Of a stretch of 64,000 bases of DNA, positions 10,871 to 22,279 are shown one piece after another. The notes below the pieces were generated by a model that saw only the letters and a list, made by a program, of their open reading frames with translations, made no database searches and had not been told where the DNA came from. The translations under genes and the position numbers were made by a program. Source of the DNA: Hydrolagus colliei (Eukaryota); the NCBI GenBank assembly GCA_035084275.1, contig CM068762.1, forward strand, positions 4,960,001-5,024,000. The letters run 5' to 3'. The first letter of the stretch is position 1; each line of letters opens with the position of its first letter.

Positions 10871-11499
10871 ACCATCCACCTTGGTGTGAGCTCTTCAGTG
10901 TTATGAGCTTTCAGCCACTATGCCCCGAAACTCTGGAACATTCTTCCTCTATGCCTTCGCCCTTCCTTCCCCATCTTCAGGTCACAGCTGAAGACTTACC
11001 TCTTCAAACGGGTCTCTGCCGGCTCAGTGTCATACTCCGTCACTGCCAAGTACTCTGGGACCGCTCCCTGCACGAGAGTTGCTGTCGATGCTGTACTTGT
11101 GGGAGCTGGAGTTTCCTGCATTCCTAGGATAAGAGTGTTAGTCTTTATTGTCCAGATACAGCGGGCAAAGACACTGCCTCCCGCTTTACGTCCTTGTGTA
11201 ATGTGTACAAAGTGCAGACCCATTGCCAGCTTTCAGCCCCATTGTCAAGTTTTCTTCTCAAATGCAGTTCATTAACTCAAGATGGAGCTGGCTGATCTTG
11301 TGGTTGGCAGCTCATGGTTGCTGATTGGAAGCTTCCACTCACTTTGTTGTCTATGAAGGAATCCTGTTAAAAATCCTAACAATAGTCCTGATTGGTCATC
11401 GCTCTATATCGAATACAAGGATTATTATTATATAATGATTGAAAAGGTTCGTCAACCACCTCGCGCTATCTAACATTAAAAACATATTAAATAAAAGAA

Positions 11500-11685
11500 A
11501 CAATTTGGTCATTCAATCCACACCTGTTTGTGGGACACTGCTGTGCAAAATTGACTGCTGCGTTTCACCCATGAAAATATAGTCAATTCACTTTACAGTA
11601 TGTTCTGTGATGTGTTCTGAGACGTCTCAAAGATGTGATAAGACGTTATATCAAATGCAAGCATTATTATTATTATTATTGCTTC
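11500..11685 (+). mobile_element. Deu SINE 3' half
   Basis: Body, stem-loop tail and (ATT)n. Confidence 0.8.
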
Positions 11686-11989
11686 TCTTGCTGCATATCA
11701 CTGTGATCTGTGATGTACCAATGTTAGTCAGTGACAGTATTTACTTCTGTTACAGGATCCCGCCCGCTCTGTACCACCTGATGCCTGGGAGTGGCTGAGA
11801 AGTGGAGGAACTGACATATTTCCTCTATCCACTTGGACAGAACAGAATCTGCTGAAACGCCTCTTCCTGTGTGTCTGATGTTTGTGAAATGACAGCAAAT
11901 TGCTGCGTCGCTCACTGCGTAGCTTTAGGGAAAGCGGTTCCAGTCTACCACAGCAATGTGTCGACAGGAATCATTTTCAAATCTCAGAC

Positions 11990-11995
11990 TTTATT
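11990..11995 (-). terminator. Candidate polyadenylation signal for OARD1
   Basis: TTTATT on the + strand (AATAAA on -), 2.4 kb after the OARD1 stop. Confidence 0.25.
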
Positions 11996-12914
11996 CTGTT
12001 TGTAAAGTTTGTGTGTTTTGTATGGCGAAATGAAGTGAATTAAAACATGTGACTACAATCTCTTGTCGCACGTGTTCTGTTCAGCTACATCAGGATCAGG
12101 GATCCATTATTGGGAAGCGCTCTGAGACGCCGTCCAGCGTGGAGGGCGCCATATAAATCCAAGTTGTTGCTGTTGTATCAGTCAGGGCTGTCACCGTTTC
12201 CCAGCCAAACCTCGGCAGGCAGGACACAACTTGCATTTACATAGCGTACTTCGCGCGGGCTGGCGTGACCGAGCGCCTGAAACAGGAAGAAGAGGAAATA
12301 CACCTTTATAACACTTACTGTTCGAACAAACAAGTAACCCCACCATTCTGGTAATAATCCGCAGTGTAGCCATCGAATAGAGACCATTTTGTGCTTGTGG
12401 CTCAGACATCATTTCCAGCCACCTTGTTGTCCACCCTTTGTTGGCCAGGATGGGTAATGCTGTACTCACTCGTCTCAGGCCAGGTTCGTCCCCTCACCTG
12501 ACCTGCTCGGGTGGTCGTGAAGACATGTACCAGGTCCGTATTGTCCTGTGGAGATGAGCGGGAGAGATGAGTGACGTGTCTTGTGGAAGGAGTGACCATG
12601 TGTTTAACCTCCACCGAACATGGAATATCACAGCACAACGCTGGCTGCACTGTCTGGCTTTGTCAGGACCGTACTCTTCACACCAGAAAATACTTCACGG
12701 TTTAAACCACTTGAAAATTCAGCTCTTCCACAGAACAGGAATAGCGATTTGCAATGCCAATCTGCTTTGTACATAATCATTATATGGTTAACTCCAGCAA
12801 TTACCCCAACGCACACTCTGGGATTCCCGAGCCTTGGCTCTTGCCAACCTGCACATAATACTCTCTGGGACTAGGGATCAGTTGATCTCTCTGCAGAGAG
12901 AGTGCACATTCCAA

Positions 12915-13196
12915 TTTCTTACAAGCGCGAGACCTGTGTTTCGAATCCAGGCAGGTCAGGGCGAAACCTGGGGCAAGTTTCCTTACTCCACACGCCTAAT
13001 AATAATCTGTCCAAAAATAAAATTGGTCACTTCAATCTACAACTGTTTGTGGGGATACTGCTGTGCGCAATTGGCTGCCACTTTTCGCCCACAAAGATAG
13101 TCAATTTTATATAATTCAGTACAGTATATTTTGTGACGCGCTTTGAGATGTCGATAAGATGTGAAAAGTACGATATCAAATGCAAGGATTATTATT
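12915..13196 (+). mobile_element. Near full-length Deu SINE
   Basis: B-box gtttcgaatcc, body and tail. Confidence 0.85.
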
Positions 13197-13319
13197 CCAC
13201 ACCAAGCACAGAGAAATCTTAATACAAACGAGGAACACAACACTCAGAAGTTTAATTTGGAGACTTTTTAGCACATCGATGGTTTTCTATGCGAGTGAAA
13301 TAGTGATCAGTAATGTGTT

Positions 13320-13430
13320 TGTGTGTGCGTCAGACTCGCGGCTGATCACGGTGACAGGTTTCTGTGTGTGTCAGACTCCCGGCTGATCATGGTGACGGAT
13401 TTCTGAGTGTGTCAGACTCTCGGCTGACCA
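13320..13430. repeat. About 41-bp minisatellite (about 2.6 units), dispersed family
   Basis: gtgtgtcagact(c/g)(c/g)cggctgatca(c/t)ggtgac..tttct repeated. Confidence 0.8.
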
Positions 13431-14047
13431 AAGAAATATTAACCAGCATGGGACACATGTGGATAGGATCAGAGCTGTTGCCCTTGTAACAATTCAATGA
13501 GATTTTAATTTAGCAAATTTTTAAAAAGGTCTAGAGATAACTGTTTAATCAGTTTAAAACTACAAAATAGAAATCAAACACAACTCAGGTAAACATAAGT
13601 AAACCACAAACCCTGTTCTTGGATTAGCTAAAGCTACAGGATGTCCCGTCCACTAAAATATTGCTCCGTGTTGACCAGGTGTGGAGGGCCCTGTGACCCC
13701 AATAGCAAAAACTTAATATAGCGCCCTCCATACAGGGTAGTGTCTCAGAGCATTTAACAAGAGGAAACTAACCACAGAGTTGCTCTCCCCCAACCCCCAC
13801 CTAGACAACAGTCCTAATTGCACATCAGCCTCCGACACACCCAATACACTAAACAATGGCCTCGGCAAAGTATCAGCCAAGCTAATTCCGACACGTCCCA
13901 TCACCGATAGCCAGGTTTTAATCAACATCTTTGTGAAATATTTACTGATCTGTTGACACGTTTGTTGCTGTCAAAGAGAAACAGACGGAGGGCATCACAA
14001 GCGTCAAATTCTGCCTCTGCCCGGCAGAACTGGTTGCATTGTCCGCC

Positions 14048-14362
14048 TATGTGGTTAGAGCACTCGCCTTACAAGCGTGAGATCTGTGTTCGAATCCAAG
14101 CAGGTCAGGGCGAAACCTTGGGCAAGTTTCCTTACTCCACGCAGCTAATAATAATCCCTCCCCCCAAAAAAACACAGAAATAAAAAATGTGGTCATCTCA
14201 ACCCACGACTGTTGGTGGGGACACTGCTGTGCGCAATTGACTGCTGCGTTTCGCCCACAAATATGCAGTCAATTCACTTTATAGTATACTGTGAAGCGCT
14301 TTGAGATGTTGATAAGATTTGAAAAAGCGCTATATCAAATCAAAGGGTTATTATTATTATTA
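14048..14362 (+). mobile_element. Full-length Deu SINE in the presumed OARD1 3' UTR (antisense to OARD1)
   Basis: Head gtggttagagcactcgccttacaagcgtgagatctgtgttcgaatcc, body and (ATT)n tail. Confidence 0.88.
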
Positions 14363-14409
14363 TGCTAGTTATGCAAACTGGATAAACGCAGTCTACGCCC
14401 TCCCCACCC

Positions 14410-14512
14410 TCATAAACTGTACACAGTAATGCTGATGTTTATGCTGGAAAAAACCTCTTGAATTATGCCAGACACCTTGTTCCAGGATAGTTTGTCCAGA
14501 CCACACCCGATT
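14410..14512 (-). CDS. OARD1: OARD1 last coding exon ([34 protein letters not shown])
   Basis: Acceptor tcctgtag|A; 103 nt including TGA; matches human [28 protein letters not shown]; the catalytic Asp in GCGLD is present. Confidence 0.92.
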
Positions 14513-14695
14513 CTACAGGAAAAACAGCAAATAATGTGATCAGTTGACCGGCTACTCCCTGCAGTAACCAGCACCATGAGAATACAGCGACACAGAAACA
14601 TCACAGAATCCGAACACACGGCCTGGCTCTAACCATTGAAGCAATATTACCTGTTAACAATGTGATAAGGCACTAGATCAAATGCAATATTATTA

Positions 14696-14903
14696 CAGTA
14701 AAAGCCTGTTTATCCAGCACCCTCAGGACCTGGCCAATGCCGGTTCAAGTGCATGCCAGATATTCAGCCGAAAACACACATACACACAAAAAAAGCATTG
14801 TGCCGGTTAAATTCTGGTTAATCGAATGCGGACCTTTTTTTTTGAGGTACCGGTTATACGGAAATTACAGTTGATCGGGTCACGGATAAGTGGGCTTTTA
14901 CTC
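14696..14903 (-). mobile_element. Tc1/mariner pogo/Tigger-like MITE, short copy
   Basis: TA|CAGTAAAAGCCTGTTTATCC left end; the right end is the reverse complement of the left end of the 16369 copy. Confidence 0.7.
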
Positions 14904-15399
14904 AATTATTATAATAATCCCTAAAAAAAATTGGTGATTTCAATCCATGACTGTTCGTGGGACACTGCTGTGCGCAATTGGCTGCCGCATTTTGCCCACA
15001 AATATACAGTCAATTCACCTTACAGTATATTCTGTGAAGCGCTTTGAGATGTCTAGAAGACATGCAAAGCACTATATTAAATGCAAGGATTACTATTATT
15101 ATTATTATTAGCAGCAGGGAGCACAGCCTGACACTATTACTGGCAAAGATTACACAGCTCACACAGTGTTACATCACCAGTGTTAAAGCGAGGCTGGTTC
15201 TGGTTGCACATCCAAACACAAACCCCGAATAATTGATCTGCAGGAGTCAAGGCAGAACAGGAGTTTAGGGCTGGAGAGGGCAATTTCAGGTCAAACAAAC
15301 CCACAGAGTTTGATTTGTGTTTACTTTTCCATCCCATTTAAAATATTATACATCTCTATCACGTCCCTCATTACTCCAGTGCTGGTTGGGCTCCACTAT

Positions 15400-16015
15400 C
15401 GCTGATCTAAGTGATTTCAAAATCCTCACACTCGTTTTCATTTGCTTTCATGTCCCCTGGCACTTCCCTTCCTCTCCGACCTACTTAATAACCAACCCCC
15501 AACCCGCTGCTCATCACATCACATCCCTGCTTGTCGGCCTTCTCAATTCCTCTCTCCATTGGTTGCAGATAATCCAGAACTCTGCTGTCTGTGTCCTCTT
15601 CCACTCCAAGCTTTGTGACCCCATCTCCCATCCTCACCCAATTCCATTGGCTCCCCATCACCCAGAGGATTCAATTCAAGATCCTGGCCCTCACATTCAA
15701 AGCCCTCACCCTACCTCTGTGACCTCCTAACCCCCTACAAGCCTGCCTGCCAGCTCAGCAGGCTACGGCCTGCTCCATGTCCACTGCCCCACCATTGGTG
15801 GGCGAGCCTTCAGCCACTTTTCCCCAGCCTCTGGAACTACATCCCACAGTCCCTCTGCCTCGGCCCCTCCCTGGCTTCCCTCAAGTCCCACCTCAAGACC
15901 CTACTTTTCGACAGTCGGTCACCCCAAATCTCTCCAGCTTTGGCTGAAATATTGACTGCCTTGGGACGTCTTGCCTGATGTGAAGGGTGCTATACAAATG
16001 TAATTTTGTTGTTGT
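15400..16015 (+). mobile_element. L2 3' fragment
   Basis: LHWLQIIQNSAVCVL..IPLAPHHPEDSIQDPG (frameshifted HWLPIxQRIQFKIL) and tail stem-loop with (GTT)n. Confidence 0.8.
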
Positions 16016-16368
16016 TGCATGGCCGCGTTTACAACCACCCTACTCCCTGAAACTCTGGAACAATCTCCCTCTACCCCTCTGCCTTGCCCATCCTTCCCCA
16101 TCTTCAGGTCGTGCCTGAAGATCTTCCTATTTGATCGTTCCTACGGTCATCTCCCATACACAGCCCAGCCTCCACACACAGCCCTGCCCCTCACACCCAC
16201 AAACAGCCTCCACCCACACACAACCCAGCCTCCACTCACACACAGCCTCCACCCACACACAACCCAGCCTCCACTCACACAGGGCAGCCTCACACCCATA
16301 CACACACAACCAAATCTCACTCACATACAGCCCAGTCTCATATATATATATATATATATATATACATA

Positions 16369-16729
16369 CAGTAAAAGCCTGTTTATCCGTGACCCGATCA
16401 ACCAGATTGCTCAACCCCCTCCCGGGAGGGGGTTGAGCAATTGCGAGTATGCTCACTTTGTGCATGCGTGCAATGCGTGCACATGAGTATTTATTAAACT
16501 TACAAACTTTTTTTTACCGATCTATAAAAAATGCTTTTTTATCAATCTTTTTACCCTGTGTGCTGGAATCTTTATTGGTAAGTATCCATATTACTATTAC
16601 TATTTAGTGTATTATTAATATGGTACATTTTAAAATAAGTTAATTTTTGGTGTTGAGTTTTTGTCCAATTATCCGACACAGTCAATTAGTTGACCCCTCG
16701 GAGAGTGCCGTATAAACGGACTTTTACTG
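16369..16729 (+). mobile_element. pogo/Tigger-like MITE inserted in (TA)n
   Basis: TIRs CAGTAAAAGCCTGTTTATCCG / CGTATAAACGGACTTTTACTG; TA target; internal 36-bp perfect palindrome at 16406-16441. Confidence 0.78.
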
Positions 16730-16902
16730 TGCATATATACACACACACACACATTCACACACACAGTAACTCATACCCACACGCAGCTTAGCCTCACACC
16801 CCCAACCCGGTCAGTAGCTAAACAGGCATTTCTTGTCGTTGTACCAAACCAAACGAAAAAATAATCAAAGCAGCGGCTCATTCTGGTCTCCATCCTCAGT
16901 AC

Positions 16903-17015
16903 CTTGGCATGGAGATACGAGTGACTCCATTATAAAAGCTGTGCTTCCTCATGGCTATCAGACTTCTCTTCAGGTTGGGGTACGTGGGTTTCTGATACGC
17001 CTTTTCTTTGGTGAT
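16903..17015 (-). CDS. OARD1: OARD1 coding exon ([38 protein letters not shown])
   Basis: cacag|ATC acceptor, AG|gtactg donor, 113 nt; matches human [38 protein letters not shown]; catalytic Lys (ITK) present. Confidence 0.92.
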
Positions 17016-17733
17016 CTGTGCAGGAATTAAACAACAACAACAACAACAAAATTACATTTCATTTGCCTTTCACGTCGGGAGGACGTCCCAAGCCACTGAA
17101 CAATTAGGTCGGGATCAGAGTGGGGGGTGGGGGCTTGGAGTAGGGGAAAGGGGAAGGAGAGTAGGAGAGGGGAGAAGAGTTAGGAGGAGAGCAGAAGGCA
17201 TGGTCGAAATACTTTTGTCTTGACTTTGTGCTCACAAGATGCCCTGGATAAAGAAGGCACTTCAGCCCATCTGATCTCCTCTCTCCAGAACGCCTACCCT
17301 CCCCTCATCACAGCATCAAACATTTAAATGAGTCCCAGTGTCCTGGCCTCAACCTGAGCCTGTCATTGCAAAACTTCCTGGTTCCTGTCCTGAAATTGCT
17401 CTTGGCACCTCTTAACCCATGTCCTCTTCTGTTGCTGTTTCCTAAAGTAATCACCTGAGTTTCTATTCAATCCCATTTAAAATGTTACACAGTACCACCT
17501 CCGTGAGGTTCCCTCCGAGTCGTCTTCTCTCAAGACTGCAGAGCCTGAGCTTGTCTAGTCACTGCTCACAGCTCATTCCTCTCACACTGGAGATCATCCT
17601 TATTGCTCTCCTCTGCACTGTCTCCACGACCTGGGCAGCCCCTTATGTCACAATGACCAGAGCAGTGAGCAGTGTTCAAGGTGAGGCCTGTCCTGACACT
17701 ATAACACATAGTGCTTTACACTGACAGATTTAA

Positions 17734-18020
17734 GGTAGCAAGTGGGGTAAAAAAAAATACTTTTGTTTCATGTCAAAGTGCACTTTGAACTGTATACTTT
17801 CAGAAATAAACTGTTTTGATTGGTGAAATAAACTTATTTCCAAACAAATATACGGTAAAGAATAAGAATTCAACAATAAAATAAACCGGAAGTGCTTATT
17901 TCATATGTCACATTCCCTATATTTCTTTGGAAATAAGTTTATTTCACCAATCAAGTGTACAGTTCAAAGTACACTTTGACACGAAAATTTATTTTTTAAT
18001 TTTTTACCCCACTTGCCACC
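17734..18020. mobile_element. Long-TIR hairpin MITE with TTAA flanks (Kolobok/T2-like)
   Basis: TTAA|GGTAGCAAGTGGGGTAAAA ... TTTTACCCCACTTGCCACC|TTAA; the arms pair over most of the element. Confidence 0.75.
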
Positions 18021-18795
18021 TTAAGCAACTGAAAGCTGTTTTTTGTGGTCTGACACATACGGAAACCAATCAACAAGCTTAAGATTCTCACAAAACGAAA
18101 CAGATTCTCACAAAACGAAACTAAGAATGCCACATGCATGTATCATCTTTTAACCTTGCTGTCTGGTGGCCTGGCTTTGCTGTCTTGTGTTTTCTGTGAT
18201 CCTTCTACTCCATATTTAAGCGTTTCCCCTTATTTTTCCCCCCACAACTTTTCTCGCCTTTTCCTGGTGATCTGCAGGCCCGAGATCTCTTTTTATCAAC
18301 CACGCCGACCCTCTAGCTCCCCTCTCGCTCCACTTCGAGAGATTAAATGAGCCACAATTGCTTCTTTTATGTTTCATGTCAGCAGTTTAGTTTAGCTCGC
18401 TGATTAGTGAGGCGCACACCCGAACATACTTTATCTACTTGAAAACGTTCCCCCAGTTCCCCACAGGAATTCATTCCCTCTATATCTGCCCACGCCCTCT
18501 TCCTAAACCATTCGTTGTGGCTGATTATTCTGATTATTTATTCCACACCAACACCCATTCCTCCGCCAAACCCTGCGCTGGGCAGGCGAGCCTTCAGCCC
18601 CAGCCCCTCAGCCTCCCCTACCTCGCTCGCCCCCTCTTTACCCTCTTCATATCACACCTGCAGTCTCTCCTCTCCCACTGAGCCTGTGCTCGCCCTCCCT
18701 TTCTCCCCAGCTCGCCCTTTGTCAAGCGCTCCGAGACTCTACCCTGTGTGAAGGGCGATGTATAAATGTAAGCCGTTAAAAAATCTCTTCATTAC

Positions 18796-18854
18796 CAGAT
18801 AGTAAATGTGTCTGTTGTATTTCTTCAGCACTGCCACTTCCCCAGGCTTCTTCT
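18796..18854 (-). CDS. OARD1: OARD1 coding exon (KKKPGEVAVLKKYNRHIYYL)
   Basis: ttacag|AG acceptor, CTG|gtaatg donor, 59 nt; matches human KKSGEVAVLKRDGRYIYYL. Confidence 0.92.
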
Positions 18855-18944
18855 CTGTAAGGAGAATAGTTTCAACCCTTCATTTTAGACATTTTACACA
18901 AGAACCGAGTCTCGTCCGAAGAGGCAGAACAGGCAAAAATAGCA

Positions 18945-19310
18945 CATGGAATCCTCGGTTTAATAAATAAAGGCTTTAGAGTCTGAAGCAAGGAAGTTAG
19001 GTTAAACCTTTACAAATCACTGGTGAGGCCTCAGCTGGAGTACTGAGTTCAATGCTGGACACCAGACTTTAGGAAGGATATCAAGGCCTTGGAGAGAGTG
19101 CAGAGGAGATTTACCAGAATGAGACCCAGGGATAAAAGACTTTACTTACGTGGAGGGACTAGAGAGGCTGGGATTGTTCTCCTCAGGGGCAGAGAAGGTT
19201 TTAAGAGGAGATTGAATCGAGGTGTTCAAAATCATGAGGGGTTTTTGATAAGAGTAGATAGGGAGAAACTGTTTCCTCTGGAGGATGGGTCAGTGACAAG
19301 AGGACAGAGA
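18945..19310 (+). mobile_element. CR1 ORF2 C-terminal fragment
   Basis: LERVQRRFTRM..DREKLFPLEDGSVTRGQRF. Confidence 0.8.
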
Positions 19311-19474
19311 TTTTAGATAATAATAATAATCCTTGCGTTTGACATAGCACCTTTCACATCTTCTAGATGTCTCAAAGTACTTCACAGAATATACTGTAAA
19401 GTGAACTGACTGCATTTGATAATTGGCAAACAAACCAGGGGGTGGGGGGGGGACGACGACACACAAATAATCGT

Positions 19475-19710
19475 ACAATTTTACAGCACAGAAGGAGGCC
19501 ATTCGGCCCCAGTTCCTTGAAAGAGTGAGGGCTCTTTGAACTAGTCTGACTCCTGGTCTTACCCCATGGCCCTGTAATGTTTTTCCCTGTTTGAAAGTAC
19601 CCATCTAATTCCCTTTCGAAAGCTACTATTATTGAATCTGCTCCCACTTCCCTATCAGGCAGTGTGTTCCAGACTGTAACAACACTCTGGGTAAACCACA
19701 AAAGAGGAGT
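19475..19710 (-). mobile_element. CR1 3' end
   Basis: FTQSVVTVWNTLPDREVGADSIIVAFERELD plus the CR1 terminal motif. Confidence 0.8.
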
Positions 19711-19847
19711 GTTTTTAAAACTCTCATGTGTGGAGCGGTGTGATTTGGGTTGTTTTACTGGGAATATCAGAGTTAACAGGGATCAGGTGCTGCAGGTCAA
19801 CATGATAGTGAGACTGCAGATGTCATCATTAATAATAATCTTAATAC

Positions 19848-20530
19848 TGGTGTCCATCGATATTGAATTTTTCCGATACCGATATATCGGTGGGCTCATA
19901 TCGATATATACCGATATATCAATATCACCAGGTTTATTTTACTCAGGTTCCAAACCTTTACGTATGACTGGCTTGGGAGGGTTGTGCGCAAGTCTGATTG
20001 TGTTTGGTGGTGGGGGGAAGGGAAGAAGGGGGATGCGCGCGCATTCAGATATGCGTGCTCTACGCCCAGGAGGTTTGCAATGCAGGCGACAGGTCTGCTA
20101 TGGAAACATTGCGACAGCTGGGAAACCCAATCCTCACACACTGGATGAACTGGGTGGAGTGGAAAAGGCTCCCGTCATCGGGTTACACAGCTCCGTTCAA
20201 CCTGAATTGGTTTTTTTGTTAGTTTAAGGGAGCCTAATGGGCAATTTCGCCAACCGTAACTGTGGAGTTACATAGAATTATTGACATTATTTTCAATTGT
20301 ACAACAGACCTCTGATTGTTGAAATAGTCAAACGTTTTATTGCAGAACTACAAGTGAATATTTTCTGTTTGCTGTAATGTGGCATTTGTTGATGATATAC
20401 CAATATTTTGTGGATATACTGATTTTTTTTAATACCAAATTTTTCGACATACCGATATATTCAAATTGCCAATATCGATATGAAAAATTATATCGATATA
20501 ATCGATATATCGATACCTCGCCGGACACTA
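19848..20530. mobile_element. hAT-type MITE with exact 8-bp TSD
   Basis: TSD CTTAATAC at 19840-19847 and 20531-20538; termini TGGTGTCC / GGACACTA; subterminal clusters of CGATAT/ATATCG. Confidence 0.8.
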
Positions 20531-20539
20531 CTTAATACT

Positions 20540-20690
20540 AATCCCTCCATTTGATATAGCGCCTTATCACATCGTCGAGAGTCTCAAAGTGCTTCACAGA
20601 ATATACTGGAAAGTGGATTGACTGTATACTTTGTGGGCAAAACGTGGCAGCCAATTGCGCACAGCCATGGATTGGAATGACCAATTATCA
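20540..20690 (-). mobile_element. Deu SINE 3' half
   Basis: Body and tail; its (ATT)n tail appears to be the hAT MITE target. Confidence 0.75.
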
Positions 20691-20819
20691 TTTACTTAAG
20701 GAATTATTATCCCCAGAAAAGCAATCCGCCAATCGAATAACAACCAGCTTCTTACTTCACTTCCCCCTGTGCCTTATACTCTGTGAGTGAGTGCAGCTGG
20801 CTGATTTAATGAGTCCTTT

Positions 20820-21090
20820 GGTTCAGAGGTTAGAGCACTCACCTTGCAAGTGAGAGACCTGGGTTCGGTTCCCGGACGAAACCTTGAGCAAGTTTCTTTA
20901 CTCCACACGCCTGATAATAATCCCTCACAAAAAAACATTAATCATTTGGTCACTCAATCCACGACTGTTTGTGGGACACTACTGCGTGCAATTGGCTGCC
21001 GCATTTCGCCCACAAAATACGCAGACGCTTTGAGATGTCTAGAAGGCATGAAAAGCGCTACATCAAATCCAAGGATTATTATTATAATTA
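20820..21090 (+). mobile_element. Full-length Deu SINE
   Basis: tRNA-like head, body and tail. Confidence 0.85.
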
Positions 21091-21180
21091 TTGTAACTGT
21101 TTCCTGATCGAGCGCTACCCTGCGTGGGGGGGCTCTACGTATTTGCAACTTGTTGCTGCGTGAATTGAGAAGTCTCTTAC

Positions 21181-21337
21181 TCTGCTGCCGCAGCTCGTCG
21201 ACGCTCGCAAACCTCCTCTTGAAGTGCACAGCGATGCCGGCTCCCATCCGACAGTCCTGGCTGATGCAGTGAGCGAGAGCGTCGCTCGGCGGGCAGGTAA
21301 ACAGGTCGCCAGTCACATAGTGGATCTCAAAGCCCCC
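21181..21337 (-). CDS. OARD1: OARD1 macrodomain exon ([52 protein letters not shown])
   Basis: Matches human [49 protein letters not shown]; donor A|gtaaga; tandem cagcag acceptor (start at 21337 or 21340). Confidence 0.92.
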
Positions 21338-22059
21338 CTGCTGAGAATCAGAACACATCGACACCTTTTACAGTCACACCCCACGCCTGCTGCTCCCATT
21401 CTCCCTCTCCTCGGGCTGTCAGTGGCTGTGTCGGGCTGATCAGTGATGGAATACTGTCGTCCGAGACAGGGACCCCACCTTGCAAACCCGCCCAGTGGGC
21501 CAGGGAGCTGACTCTGGCTCAGACACACTCGATATATCACTGGCCCGAGTTAGCACACAGCCCCCTCCCTCCTCCTGCATCATTCATTTGTTCTCCAACG
21601 CCTTAGGACGTCCTCCTGACGTGAAGGACGCTATGCGAGTGTCATTTTGTTGTTGTTGTTGGTCATTGGGTGTCTGGCAGATCCCCAATTGAGCTCACAC
21701 ACGCATACACCCACACGCATACACACACATACACAAAACAACAACAACAAAGTTAGACTTGTACAGCGCCTTTCACATCAGGAGGATGTCCCAAGACGCT
21801 GGACGGTGATTGTTTCCAAACAGACACACAAACACATACACAAACAGATACACACACAACACAGGCACACACACAACAGACACACACAAAAATAGACACA
21901 CGCGCAGACACACACACACCATCACCGTGTAAACCCATTGCCTGTGAGCAATGGCAAACTACAGGGTTTTTAGCTGTTTAGCAGTTACCAGCAGTTACCC
22001 CCAAGTCACACACGCTGTGGTTTCTCCCCCTCCCCCAAGCCTCGGCTCTTGCCGACCTG

Positions 22060-22230
22060 CCCCTGATATTTACCGGGGTTTGGTAAACAGGAAGCTTCGC
22101 TCCAGGGAGAGAGCGCGCGTGACATTCCGGCAAACTGTCCCCGGGGATCCCGTGAGCAGGCGGGAGGCAAGGAGACCTCAGATTGGTTTGGAAACTCTTA
22201 CGGCTGCGAGCTGGCTTCCGGTCTGTGTTA
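22060..22230 (-). promoter_or_regulatory. Putative OARD1 CpG-rich promoter and noncoding first exon
   Basis: CpG-dense; CCAAT box (GATTGGT 22181-22187), GABP/ETS sites (CTTCCGGT 22215-22222 and TTCCGG near 22125); candidate - strand donor CCG|GTAAAT near 22073. Confidence 0.55.
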
Positions 22231-22279
22231 GTCACCTAGGCCAACAGCAAATACAGGGCATTAATGTGAGATAATCACA

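Noticed and set aside
11490-11495. AATAAA as the distal APOBEC2 poly(A) signal
   Set aside because: It lies in the A-rich internal tract of a SINE, and no linking exon acceptor was identified.
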